A stretch of DNA of 64,000 nt from Mytilus trossulus (lineage: Eukaryota). Below are positions 51,101 to 62,954 of this stretch, one piece after another (positions within the stretch are counted from its first letter, which is position 1; every line of letters begins with the position of its first letter). The DNA lies in the NCBI RefSeq assembly GCF_036588685.1, contig NC_086373.1, forward strand, positions 21,886,001-21,950,000, written 5' to 3'. The notes below the pieces were generated by a model. That model had not been told where the DNA came from and searched no databases. It worked only from the letters and a program-made list of their open reading frames with translations. Made by a program: the position numbers and the translations under genes.

Positions 51101-54100
51101 TAGAACTAAATGATTAAATCCTAGAGAAATGGAGACTTGAACATCAAACTGTAGAAACTGTTCTATGAGAGAGTAAAGATGGAGTGTCATCCCAGCTATA
51201 CCACAGAGAAGTAGAAAAACCCAAAACACTTTCGCGTACCATAATTTGGCAGCATTTATCCAAGGTAAACCTTGCATAGAGGTCTTTTCGGCAAATCTAA
51301 CACATAATCTATTAAACGATTTCTGTTTTCCCTCTGAATCCAATGATTCAGTTTCTTCATTTTCCTACAAAATGCAAAAGAAATGTCATTTAATATTGAA
51401 GACAATTATCTTTGTCGATTTTAATTATGTTATTAAGCATTACATTCATGGTCCTGGTTAAGTTTACGACAAATCCCGGCTACAAGTAACAACAAATGTT
51501 GGAGGAAAGATTTCCTGTGAGGCATCATATTTTGTGACAAAGGTTTTAATACTCATGATACTGTAAAAAAGATGCAAACCTAGACTTATTTTTACGCATG
51601 CATGGTTTTTGTCATACATCCATTCCGAGATCTACCGGTAATTACAAAACATAGTCAAATGGTAATTTGTCTGTAGATGCATCATGTAAGACGATTATTA
51701 ACACTAGGTTTTGTGACCTTGATAATAAAAATATAACCAAACACGAATGGCAGAGAAGTGATCTTTTATTGAGGAAGATTCAAACTGAAATAGGTTGACA
51801 AAAACAAATTTAAGTCACATATTAGCAACATCAAATCATATGGAATGACTCATCGTCAGTTCATACTTCTTGTTAGTGCCAAAGGCCATCATGGTATAGT
51901 CTTTATGTGACCTTGGTCTCATTTAACGTGCGATTGACTTAATGGAGAACTTGGTCTTACACTAAATAGATATCATAATCAAAAAAGTTAGAGCAGTGTT
52001 TTTTTAATATATTTCTCGTAAATAAAAACAAGCTAAGCTATCCTGCTAAAATGTACCAAATAATGTTATTGAATATCATTGTACGTATAAACTAACATAT
52101 CTTATAACAAATATACTTGACCATGTGAAATAAATCTCTGTATGAAATGTTTATTTAGAATTTACTCAATCACGGTTCGATTCTTTGTCGTAACAAAACT
52201 AATATTTGATTAAAATATGAATTTTAAAACAATATTGACCATATCTTGGCGAATATTTTGAAAGTTCAGACTTTACAAATTAAAGTTAAACTACAAATAA
52301 AATAACGCGATGCTTTTATCCTTTTGATAATGGGCAGAATATCAATGTTTTGGTTCAAACATTATTTTATTTGGACACTTCATTAAACAAAACATTATTT
52401 CTTTTATGAGAATTACAACTAGAATAATAGATAGGTAACACTCCCAAATAGAACAACCACATTTAAAAAAATACTGCACTATAGAAATGAATGGTTTTTT
52501 TTTCTTCGTATATGGAATTTACAGAGTATGATAAATGGCTTTTAACAAAAAGCGGCAACTATTTCAAGCAAATTAATATTAAAATCAAATCTTATTTTAA
52601 AATGCACAGGAGTATTTGGTGATTTCTCGAAAATAATTGTATGTTGTCATATATTGTTACATAGCTCTTTTATATTCTTACATGTTAGAATCTAGGATAC
52701 GCATCACTAATATCTGGCAATCAGGCATAAATAGGACAAGCTGATCATGAGTTCTTGCGACATTCCAAGAGCATGATTACACAAAAAATGAATCTCAGTC
52801 ATCATAAACGAGTACCGAGAGTTTGTCCAAAATGTCCCAAAATTGCGGTGTTTTAAAAATTTCCCTTCTGACCTTTGACAACTTTTTTTCAATAATCTGA
52901 AGCAGAAGTTTGTCACTCTACAACATGACTTAATTTAAGGGCATTATCTGTATCTTCAAAACAAGACCAAAGTTAGCCATGAGGTACATGTATTTCGGTC
53001 CATAAGCTCTTCAAATTAACCTTTATATAGTGGAGTGACTTATGAAGAAAAGATCGCTTTACCAATTTTAAGCAAATTAAGTCGTCTTGCAGGCCTCCAG
53101 ATTTTTTTGAAAATTAATTGTTCACCCAAAGAACCGGTTTGGCCACAATATAACAATTTCAAGTTTATTTACAATTTATACAGTGTGTACTATGTAAAGT
53201 ATGTTTAAATGAACATATGTTCTCATAGTTTATGACTTTATTCCTTATAGGTTGAAAAATACAGGCAAAGTTTAAATGTTTATGAAGTGTCCTATATTTT
53301 GACTTTAGTGGAACCTTAATTAGTAGGTGAACTTTAAACAACTAGGGATGTTGACTTTTTTGGTTCGAGCGTCACTGATGAGTCTTTTGTAGACGAAACG
53401 CGCGTCTGGCGTATACACTAAATTTAGTCCTGGTATCTATGATGAGTTTATTTAGTATCGAATAATCGTATCGAAAGTATTTACATACCTTCACATCCAC
53501 AGATTTTTTAGAGGGACATTAATTTTTTCGATCAGTGCTTCGTATCGTCTGTCCGTCCGTCCGTCTATCCCGCTTCAGGTTAAAATTTGTAGTCAATGGT
53601 TTTGATGTAGTGGTAGTTCAATCAACTTGAAACTTATCAGTACACATGTTCCCTATGATATGATCTCTCTAATTTTTATGCCATATTAGAGGTTTGAATC
53701 CAATTTCACGGTCCACTGAACATAAAATGATAACTGCTTCCCATGACGCGTAATATTTCTGTTAATTATGTTTGTTATTCACATGTATATCGGGTTTTCG
53801 GTTTTAGTAAAGTATGTTATATGCCATTGTTTGTTTTGTTTTACAAAAAGGGATACACAATATCTCTATATAGATCTTGTACGTTTTGTCCTATTAACAT
53901 GAAATAAACTTATAAAAATAAAATAATGGTTTATTTCTTATTTTTTGTGACTTGAATGGAGAGTTGTCCAATTGGCACTCATCTTCTTGTATCTATTCAT
54001 ATACATGTACTATCGTGTTCATGCCAACATTTATGAACCAATAATAGATTTTATAGTTCCAACATTCGTTTAAGTTTAAATTTTATCATTTTTATCATTA

Positions 54101-55906
54101 ACTATGCAGTACTTTCATATTTCTCCTTTATTCTGTATTGTATTTTAACAAAACTTTCCCAAAAAATATTTTTTTATGTTGTCATGTTTATTAAATACAT
54201 AAATATTAAATATGAATATTTTTTGTCGATAACTTCGGTAGATAAATATTTTTGTCTATCTTATATGTTAGAAACCGGCTGCTAAACATCACTTATATCT
54301 GACAATCAGGCATAAATATGACTAGCTAAATACGTCATGCATTCCTAGAACATGATTCTAGACAAAAATGTTCTCAGATATTACGAGATACTTCCGGAAA
54401 ATTGTCCAAAATGTAAAAGAAAATACGATTGTTGTACTATTTAATCATAATATATTTATTGTATATATTTTTAATATTGTACTGAATTATATAATAGCTG
54501 TCATCTTGAAATTTTGTATAGTGTACTTATATAGAGAGGATAATCTTAAGTTGTTATAACTTGTATCCAATCCTATTGTATATTTAGACAATCAAATTTG
54601 TTTAAACTAAAGGGTATTATATCTGTCTTCATTCCAAATGAAACCAAACTTAGCCTGGAGTTATTTCGGTCCATTAAAACTCTGTATTAAATCTACTTTA
54701 CTTACGACCGTACTATCAAGTAACAGTCGTGAACATTTGATATTGTATTATCAGTAATACAGTGAAAAAGATCAATTTTAAAACCAATATAAATATAGCC
54801 GGTTTTAAAATTTATCTTTTTTACTATTACTGAAAAATTTAATGCAATAATTTATTTTTCAAAAGCAATACGTTAGTTTAATCTAAAACTTTGTATTTTA
54901 TTCTTTGCATTTGACACAAATTGTTTTGTTCTGGTTAAATCGTTTGTCCTACATGCTTGATTTCACAAATTTTGTAAACATGTTCATCTAAACATAACAA
55001 CTTTCGTCTGTCTTTTTAAATTACATATTTGTGAACGAGTTATTAATAAAAAATGAATTATATTACTAAACTTCATCAAACTTTGTGTGAATAACATTTT
55101 TTTTTAAATTGCTCTTACATGTACAATAATCATTATTTTAATCACCATACCAACCTTTATTTTTTTCAGGACTTTTAAACCAAAAAATAAAATCTATCTG
55201 GTGATTGTTTCATGCCCAGTTTAGAAGGAGTTCCGTTTGGTTTACCCATAGAATTAACTGTAGCACGTCGTTATAATTTTTTTTCGTATGGTACAAGGTG
55301 TCCTATTGAACATTTGCCCCCATTTATCACTGGGCTAAGCGGTCTACTTATATATTTGACCGCCTTTCCTACGAAAAAAAGCAAGTTAATTATTATGAAA
55401 GTTTTCTTTTAAAGGTTATCCTTTATAAATGGCTATATACGGAAATACATACTTTTGTTTAAAACTTTATACCTCGACCTACATTTTGGAATAAGTTTCT
55501 CGTAGTTCCTATAAAAGCATTGTATCTAGAGTAAGACAATGACTATTATATAGGGCAATATTACAGTGGTAATCTGACTAAATACATGTACATTCTCTAG
55601 TCTAACACCTCAATACATGTACATTGTATCTAGAGTAAGACAATGACTATTATATAAGGCAATATTACAGTGGTAATCTGACTTAATACATGTACATTCT
55701 CTAGTCTAACACCAAACATTAACAGGCAGGAAACTAAGAATTATTAATAAATTTGTCGTTCTCCGATAATAATTAAACAAGCCTACCCGTAATTTGTCTC
55801 CATAGTCCACAGGGGGCTCTGTACTCTTGGTGTTCTTGAAATATTCCGATCCGTTAAAATAATCCTCATCTCTGCTCTTACTTCTAACATCATGTCGTCC
55901 ATACAT
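36163..55906 (-). CDS. DEG/ENaC-family (amiloride-sensitive) cation channel subunit, 13 exons, 596 aa
   Basis: Exons (minus): 55906-55787, 51364-50990, 49199-49036, 46752-46672, 46188-46097, 45276-45113, 44268-44179, 43505-43379, 41826-41748, 40379-40322, 38907-38819, 36795-36720, 36438-36163; all phases consistent, 1791 nt. Motifs FAEKTSMQG, LPAVTVCNVN, GHQL..LLIGCSFGG..C, YGNCFT, PYGEC, CQNFC...CGC, C.KPC, WP, KIYFEDLNY, SDVGGAIGLWIGLSIISMFE. Exon 1 is the least certain. Confidence 0.93.
37360..38241. mobile_element. PIF/Harbinger-like MITE (882 bp) in DEG/ENaC intron 11
   Basis: TIR agcctcggtcacaccttaccggatagc (27 bp perfect, about 50 bp imperfect); flanks TGA/TTA (TWA-like TSD with one mismatch); dense internal aacgga/tccgtt motifs. 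Confidence 0.8.
42993..43081. repeat. Degenerate hairpin element
   Basis: taggtgtaaaagcgttgacc pairs imperfectly with ggtcaacacttttaccacccta. Confidence 0.55.
43858..44082 (-). mobile_element. Retrozyme fragment; hammerhead with disrupted stem II
   Basis: Reverse complement of 43893-43937 is gagcgtca-CTGATGA-atgt(tatgt)agac-GAAA-cgcgcg-TC-tggcg. Confidence 0.85.
44500..44925. repeat. 61-bp minisatellite, about 7 copies
   Basis: gacttccaatacg starts at 44501, 44562, 44623, 44684, 44745, 44807 and 44868. Confidence 0.95.
46842..47107. mobile_element. Double-hairpin element
   Basis: IR1 ttttattgtatagcaatataatattt (46842) / aaatattatattgctatacaataaaa (46963); IR2 gggttattgcatgaatattggggaatattgtccc / gggacaatattccccaatattcatgcaataaccc around the loop ctcgcaagctcg. 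Confidence 0.75.
47113..48421. repeat. 54-bp minisatellite, about 24 copies, homogeneous core with decayed edges
   Basis: Unit tattcagttgagcaactcattggcttatacccaatatctccttcaattcatact; the 18-codon periodicity explains the 378-aa and 348-aa ORFs. Confidence 0.97.
48510..48994. mobile_element. Dispersed repeat bounded by inverted arms of about 60 bp
   Basis: tgcagcggaggtttaa...gagagtggaaatgaggaatgtttcaaag versus ctttgacacatttcacatttccattctc...ttaaacctccgctgca; body shared with 5925-6225 and 32600-32865. Confidence 0.65.
49855..50070. repeat. Irregular 19-26-bp tandem repeats (ccgctaaagtccacaa), about 10 copies
   Basis: Repeated taaagtccaca cores from 49866 to 50068; GC-richer than the flanks; likely subterminal repeats of a truncated DNA transposon. 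Confidence 0.8.
53367..53454 (+). ncRNA. Solo type I hammerhead ribozyme (intact) in a short retrozyme fragment
   Basis: gagcgtca-CTGATGA-gtct(tttgt)agac-GAAA-cgcgcg-TC-tggcgt; predicted cleavage after C53406. Confidence 0.88.
55518..55712. repeat. Direct tandem duplication (about 104-bp period) near the exon-1 donor of the DEG/ENaC gene
   Basis: cattgtatctagagtaagacaatgactattata...tacatgtacattctctagtctaacacc at 55518 and 55622. Confidence 0.9.
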
Positions 55907-56295
55907 ACTGGTTAAGTGGTATGTCTGATCGAATATTTACTTTTTAAATCACCAAGTGGAGCGGTAACAATGTGTGTTTAGAAAAGTTTTAAAAAGGTGC
56001 GATTATCGTGACTTCATCACAATAAAGTGACAACTTGTGATCAGTAGCTTTGAATTTTACCTTAAGTCGTGATTATTAATTTGCTTCTGTTATATTTAGA
56101 TTCCATTTTTAAAGGTTTAAAAATAGAGAATTAGTGTTAAAGTATTTTTGAATTCTTTTTATCAGGTATAAATAGTTTACTATTTCATTTCATTTATAAA
56201 ACTGCATGTCTTCAAATCGTTTCATTATTTGTTGTTCTGTTAAATTGTGATATTCGCTACGTTAAGTTATGAAGAAAAAAGAAATATTATTCTCT

Positions 56296-56569
56296 TTTAC
56301 AGCGGATTCCATTGAGTGTGTAGCCAAAGGTGATATCTTTGGTTTGTTTGTTTGTTCGCTGAACCGTGAAGTCATTGTTAGGTTAGGAAAACTTCCCTAC
56401 TTTAAAAATAGACTAGTCCGACAGAAAAACAATATATCTGACTGTTGGACTATGCTACTTCGAAAGGAGGGTAGTATACCTGACCTAAAATTACTTCACG
56501 GTTCAGCTAACAAGCAAGCTAACCAAAGATATTACCTTTGGCTACACACTCGATGGAATCTGCTGTAAA
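56296..56569. mobile_element. Palindromic MITE copy 2, about 390 bp upstream of the DEG/ENaC ATG
   Basis: tttacagcggattccattgagtgtgtagccaaagg ... cctttggctacacactcgatggaatctgctgtaaa; homologous to 4495-4766. Confidence 0.85.
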
Positions 56570-58222
56570 TCTCCCTCGCCATGCTTGTCCGAATTTAAAA
56601 CATTTCTTTACTAAATCCTTGGTATAATAAATAGAACAAAACTCTAGATATAGGTTTAGTTGCTCGCAGTAACTTCGTTACAATGGCAAAAAGATACTTT
56701 CGATTGTCTCGGTAATAATAGAATAGGAATCTAAGACTAATGCCACCTATTTGAAATTTGAATTTACTGCCAATTTGTAAATCATAGATGTATTAGAATA
56801 AGGGAACATCATAAAACCATTGATGCATCACATTCATGACTTATGTAAATACCTATATATGTTAATGTTTGTGTCATTTTGGTCTTTTTGGATAGTTGTC
56901 TCATTGGCAATCATACCACATCTTCTTTTGTTTTATATACCAAAAGCACTTAATGTATTCTTTTAAGAATATATCACCTACATTCTGAAAATATCTTAAT
57001 GCGATTAAATTATAACTATGTAATACTATCTGAATTCATACATGTATATGTATTTTGATATAAGGGAAACATATATAAAACCATTTTATTGGAAAAATAC
57101 ATCTTGTTATACATTAATACAATTATTGTCTGTTCATAACAATAACGAGCCAAACAATCTAGCTAAATACCTTTATTTAGCTGATAAGATTCGTTTTTCA
57201 TAATATTATGTTTATATTTCATTATTTATATTATTTGTTGTAATTCTCCGCCGATGATACAAACTGTTTGTAATTATTCACTGCATGATGCTATTATATT
57301 TGTATATGTAAATTCTTAAGCTGTATTGTTTCTGAATAAATGACTATTATTATAGTCTTCACAAGGTTTACAATCTATTGAGACCTCCAATGGTTGACCT
57401 GGTGAGATTTATGAATAGAGAAGTAATTAATAGATCAAACTGTCCTTAGTAAGCAACATAACCAGACTTGTAAAGGGTACAAATTATAATTGTGTATATA
57501 CACTATTTTGTTTAAGTTTTGTCTTTGTGTGTGTGTATTGCATATAATGATAGGATCAGTCAACGAACTTTTTGAACAATATTTTTTAAAGCCTAATGTA
57601 TTAACCATATATAAAGCTCATCAAAAGCGGCGTGCACCCTGCTCCGTTCCCCCATATAAATCGTTTTGGTAAATTAAAACCTATATACATGTAGCGGTAC
57701 AGTGAAGCCTTTGAGGATACAATCTAAGAATACATTTCAATGACTGAAAATCAAACGGATATTTTCCAGTAATATATGAATATGTAAATATAATCTTGAC
57801 ACATTTATGTGTTTTTTAAACTTTATTTGTGTTTTGTTCGTTCTGAAAGCGAGTTTTTATTTATTTAAAAATATATGTAGGACGACGGAGTTGGTGTATG
57901 TGGATTCGATTCCCACCCTAGGCATTCATGTTTTATATCGGCTGGTACAAAGCGGGCAGTTTAGCTTAGTGGCCCCACACTGACTCTGTTGTTCCGGTGT
58001 AAAAAAATTACAAGAGGCCACGGCAAGATCTTCCTCTCTTTTTTTTTTTTTTTTATCTGAGACCATATACAACAAAACCATGGTATAATTGTAAAAAAAA
58101 TATACCGTAGAGAGCTATGGTATAATTTTCGGTTATTGAGATTTATAATCTTGTTGCATTTAATTCCCATAGGTTACATTGTACATTTTAGGTTAAATTA
58201 TTTATATGATAACAATAATAAT

Positions 58223-59156
58223 AACTAGAATTGATATTGCAAGCAATAGCGGATGTCACCCTTCCCCCCATTGCCACTAACCGGCAGCCATTTCAAAAAC
58301 TTTTAACAGTGAATGCACATATTTGCAATTCAATTCAATTCAATACAATTTGCATGGCTATACATTTTTCTGTTAATTTTCAGTACATTTAGATCATTTA
58401 AAAAACATGACATTTTTGCTGTTTCCATGGTAACGGCAGCCATTTTGATTGTTTCAAATTCGAAAGTCTATTCTATACATGCCAGTTTACAATAATGTTC
58501 AGTTTCATTAAGTTTGGAGCATTTGAAAATATTTGACATTTTTGCAGTTTCCATGGCAACGGTGGCTTTTTTGGAAATTTTAGTTTCAAAAGTCTCATGC
58601 AGTCAACAATCCTATTAAGTTTCATTAATTTTGGAGCATTTTGAAATTTTTGAAATTTTTGACATTTTGATTGGTTCCTATGGCAACAGAGTCCATTCCC
58701 AAAAGTTAATGGCATATACCACATTGGTACATGGGAGGGACCATACCATCAAAGTTTCGATCAATTTGACCTATTATTTTAAGAAAGTAAATGGCACTTT
58801 AAGGTTTTAAAACCATTTTGACCTGTTTTGCATTGTTTCCATGGTAACGGCAGACATTTTTGAAATTCTAACGCCAAATTCCACATCTACCAATGTTGCT
58901 CATCATTACTGTAAAGTTTTAAAAAATTTGAACCATTTCCATATTTTTTTTAATTTTTGGTGTAGTTTCCATGGCAACATAGTAGTTCCAATGATTGCCA
59001 AAATCCTCCAAAACCAGTATATATTGGGCACCTACATTGTATCAAAATATAATTATTCTGAGTTTAAGCATATCCAAATAATTCATTAAAACCAAAAACT
59101 GGATTTTTTCACATTTGTTTATGTCACCCGACATTGTCGATCGGGTGACATAATAA
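58223..59156 (-). mobile_element. HINE-like element with internal repeats of about 127 bp carrying GTTTCCATGG(C/T)AAC
   Basis: Terminal hairpin atgtcacccga...tcgggtgacat (59121-59151), matching atgtcaccc near 58253, aactag terminus; palindromic motif at 58421, 58547, 58674, 58835 and 58965. Confidence 0.65.
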
Positions 59157-60467
59157 TAATTTATTAATTTTATTAAAGTGTCACATACTTGTCTACAGAT
59201 TTTTATACAGATTATATAATGTGCATTGCACAATAATAAAATCAGACAAATATCCAGCCTAGAAAGGCTTATGAGACACTTTAAAAGTTTTGGATTCTCA
59301 TAGGTTCTATGTATAACTTTTGGACTGGTTTGAATCTCGGTCTATTTCTGTAATTTATTCTTGCGTGCTTTTGATTTTTTAACCCTGTATGCGTACATTG
59401 CCTATGTAAATTTTAAAATTGTTTGTATGCACATTAAACGACAAATTTATGTGACGCATATAATTTTTCTGACGTCAGACACTCAGGTCAAAATAGTAGA
59501 TGTTTTTGTGTCCTGTTAAATTGTTCCTTTTAAAATTGTTATACGATGATGACTGATGTACCCATATTTTGAATATTTTATTAATTGTGGCTGTTTATTT
59601 AACGCATCATGTAAATGTAGCGGAATTTGATGAGACTGTTATTAAAGTGAGAGGGTTAGCGCTATAGAACCAGGTTTAATCCACCATTTTCTACATTTGA
59701 AAATGCCTGTACCAAGTCAGATATATGACAGTTCTTGTCCATTCGTTTTTGATGCGTTTTGTTTTTTGATTTTGCCATGCGATTATGGACTTTCCAAATT
59801 GATTTTCCTCTGAGTTCAGTATTTTTGTGATTTTACTTTTTATATACAAATATATATCTATTTAACAAATACAAATTGAAAAACATAGTAAAATGTTAAA
59901 AATGTTTAAAATTATCCGGATAATCACATCATAAAAAAATTTAAAATAATCAATTAAAAAAAAACAACACCATATCTTTTAAAAAAACAAAGGACAAAAT
60001 TAAGTATGACGTAAAAAAATAAATGATATGTGATAAAAAGAATATATTTTAAAGAGGTTATATAAGCAGATTGCGAAGAATAAAATGAAGTAATCTTGTC
60101 GTTTTATTAAAAACCTCTCAGTAAAAAAGTAAATAAATAGAACATGAATGATTTTTTTCTTAAATATAATAAACCTCAATTTACTCAATTTTCTTTGTAA
60201 TATATATACTAGTAGTAACATGGATATCGTTTTTGGGGACCTTTATAGTTTGTTGTTTTGTGTGAGCCAATGCTCCGTGTTGAAGACCGTAATTCGGCCT
60301 ATGATGGTTTACTTTTACGAATAGTGACTTATATGGGGAGTTTTCTAATTGGCACTCATACCACACCTTCTTATATTATTCTGCTCATTATTAGTCATTG
60401 ATATGATCTAATTATTCAAGCATTTTACTTTGCAATGACTACAAAGGTGATAAATTTTAATATATAC

Positions 60468-61151
60468 AGCCACCTCCATTCTATCATTGGTACACTCAAC
60501 TTTGCTTGTGCAGTTGTCATCCCAGGAAGGGCATTCCTCAGAAGACTTATAGACTTAACAATAGGGGTAAAAAAATCCTTCCATAGAATACGAATGACAA
60601 AATCGGTGCAGCAAGATCTAAATACATGGCAAAATTTTTTAAGGAATTTTAACGGGAAGTCATTGATTTTATCAGATCGTTGGTTAACATCTGATCAACT
60701 ACATTTGTTTACAGATGCCTCCGGTACATTAGGTTATGGTGCTTTGTTTGGTGCACAGTGGTTCTTAGGCAAATGGGACACAAAATGGCAAAAGCAAAAT
60801 ATTGCCTTTTTAGAACTATATCCCATAGTCTTGGCAGTCGAAATATGGGGACACCAAATTAAAAACCAATGCATATATTTTCATACAGACAATATAGCTT
60901 TAGTGTCCGTAATCAATAAACAAACATCTAAAGATGCGTTAATCATGTTTCTTATAAGGAGACTAGTTCTACACTGCTTAAGAAACAATGTGAACTTTAA
61001 GGCAAAACACATATATGGTTCAAAAAATGTATTGGCAGATGCACTTTCTCGTCAACAGGTACAGAAATTTCATCGGTTAGCACCATGGACAGACACTGTT
61101 CCCAAATCAGTTCCAAATCTACCAGATTTGCCAAGCTACAGGAACCCTTGA
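60468..61151 (+). mobile_element. DIRS-order retrotransposon, RT thumb/RNase H fragment
   Basis: IIGTLNFACAVVIPGRAFLRRLIDL; RNase H acidic residues in FTDAS, FLELYP, HTDN and ADALSR are intact; the 5' RT core is missing. Confidence 0.9.
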
Positions 61152-61805
61152 ATCAAATTTTTAACAACATTTTATCCGACTCCTCACAAAAAACTTATGG
61201 AAGAGCATTTATACACTATAAGATTTTTGCTGAAGAATATGGCATTAGATTTCAGTTACCACTTACTAGTGCAGATCTCATACTATTTATAGCCCATTTG
61301 AAATCCAAAGAACTTGCTGCAAGTTCTATCTCAACATACATCTCAGCTATTGGTTTTACACACAAAATTAATAATTGGCCTGATCCAACGGATTCATTCA
61401 TTATGGATAAGGTACTGAAATCAGTGCACAAGGGAAAAAATCAAGATATGAGACTTCCAATCACTAGTACGATTTTTAATCGATTAGTAGATGCATTGAA
61501 ACAGACAATATCTAATAAGTATGATCAACTCCTATTCAAAGTAATGTTCACCTTAGCATACCATGCTCTTTTAAGAATCGGTGAGATGACAGTCAACAAC
61601 AATAATTACAATCACGTTATTAGTGTAAGTCAAGCTGTTGTTTTACACAAGAAAGCAGTCATCACTTTCATGGACTTCAAACATTCAAATGGAAAACAAT
61701 TCCATTTAGAAATAGCTAAGAATAAAAATGACAATATTTGTGCAGTAACAGCACTTACAAACTACTTAAATTTGAGAAATAATACAACAGGTCCATTATT
61801 TCTGT
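61085..61805 (+). mobile_element. DIRS/Ngaro tyrosine recombinase ORF, 3'-truncated
   Basis: Overlaps the RNase H ORF in another frame; SSISTYISAI, MRLPIT, LAYHALLRIGE (catalytic Arg box), FKHS, CAVTAL..YL..R...GPLF; ends before HxxR and the catalytic Tyr. Confidence 0.9.
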
Positions 61806-62089
61806 TGTGTCTTTTAAGTATAATTTAGTTTGTATCAAGTGATACATTGTTATAACACAGTGTCTGTAAATTGTGTCTTTTTAGTTAAATTGTTTTTTTG
61901 AATTGTATCAGTAGATGCATTGATAGGACACAATGTCTGTAAATTGTGTCTTTTATTAGGATAAGGCATTCGTGTGATTCAATGCCTGTATATAGAGTAG
62001 TAAGTTTTATCTTTTGCATATGTAGAATGATAGATGATGCAGGTTTTCTTTAGGGCAGCGTATTCAGCTCAATAAGAGCTTCATACGTC

Positions 62090-62946
62090 ATGGCGGTATC
62101 TGCTCCCAAAAGTTGAGATGTTACACTATTATTAACAAATTTATAGTCAAGGGGAGATAACTCTAAATTAATTGACTTTTCAAAAAATTCAATTTCAATA
62201 ATTGATGACATTTGTCTTTTTATTACGACATAATATGCTCATTGGTTCAGACTGTAATGAAAGTATTGTATATTAAATTCATAATTGGTACTTATAATTG
62301 TAGTGTATGCAAATTTTATACATGTATCTTTTGATATGATTGATTTAAAACATAAACCGTCACATCTGTGGCCTGCATCATCATAATATGTGTTAGTTGT
62401 TATTTTGACTTTAGCGGACCATAAATACACTTATGTGCAGCATAGGTGACTTTATGGCACAAATAAAGACTGTAAACTTTTATTGTATTCAGTCTTGTGT
62501 TATCATGTTCTTAAATTTTTAGAAATATGTAAAATAGTTAAGTAGGTACATATGTTATTATCTGTCTTGAAACTCTTTGGAATTCTTTAATTGAAAGGGG
62601 GCGCTGCTACAAGCACATGTTTGAATATACAGCCTCTTTTCCAAATTGCTGCCGAAGGAGAAACAAGTACAGAAATTTGGTGACATTCAATTTCATATAT
62701 ATTTTTATCCCCTCCCCCTTCCCCTTCTTCCTCCTTGTAAAGAGGATTGTTAATGGTTGAATCTAATGAGGACATTAAGAGGGGTATGGCGGTATCTGCT
62801 CCCAAAAGTTGAGATGTTACACTAGTGTATGCAAATTTTATACATGTATCTTTTGATATGATTGATTTAAAACATAACCCGTCACATCTGTGGCCTGCAT
62901 CATCATAATATGTGTTAGTTGTTATTTTGACTTTAGCGGACCATAA
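62090..62946. repeat. Local duplication of about 160 bp; the first copy has 172 extra bp
   Basis: 62090-62128 plus 62301-62425 equals the contiguous 62786-62946. Confidence 0.85.
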
Positions 62947-62954
62947 AACAAATG

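Noticed and set aside
53483-53515. Strong minus-strand donor (gaag|gtatgt) in DEG/ENaC intron 1
   Set aside because: No acceptor or open exon can be defined; it abuts a HINE, and exons 1 and 2 already join in phase.
57880-58035. Possible tRNA or SINE (ggattcgattccc B-box-like)
   Set aside because: No A box or cloverleaf recognisable; at most a decayed SINE.
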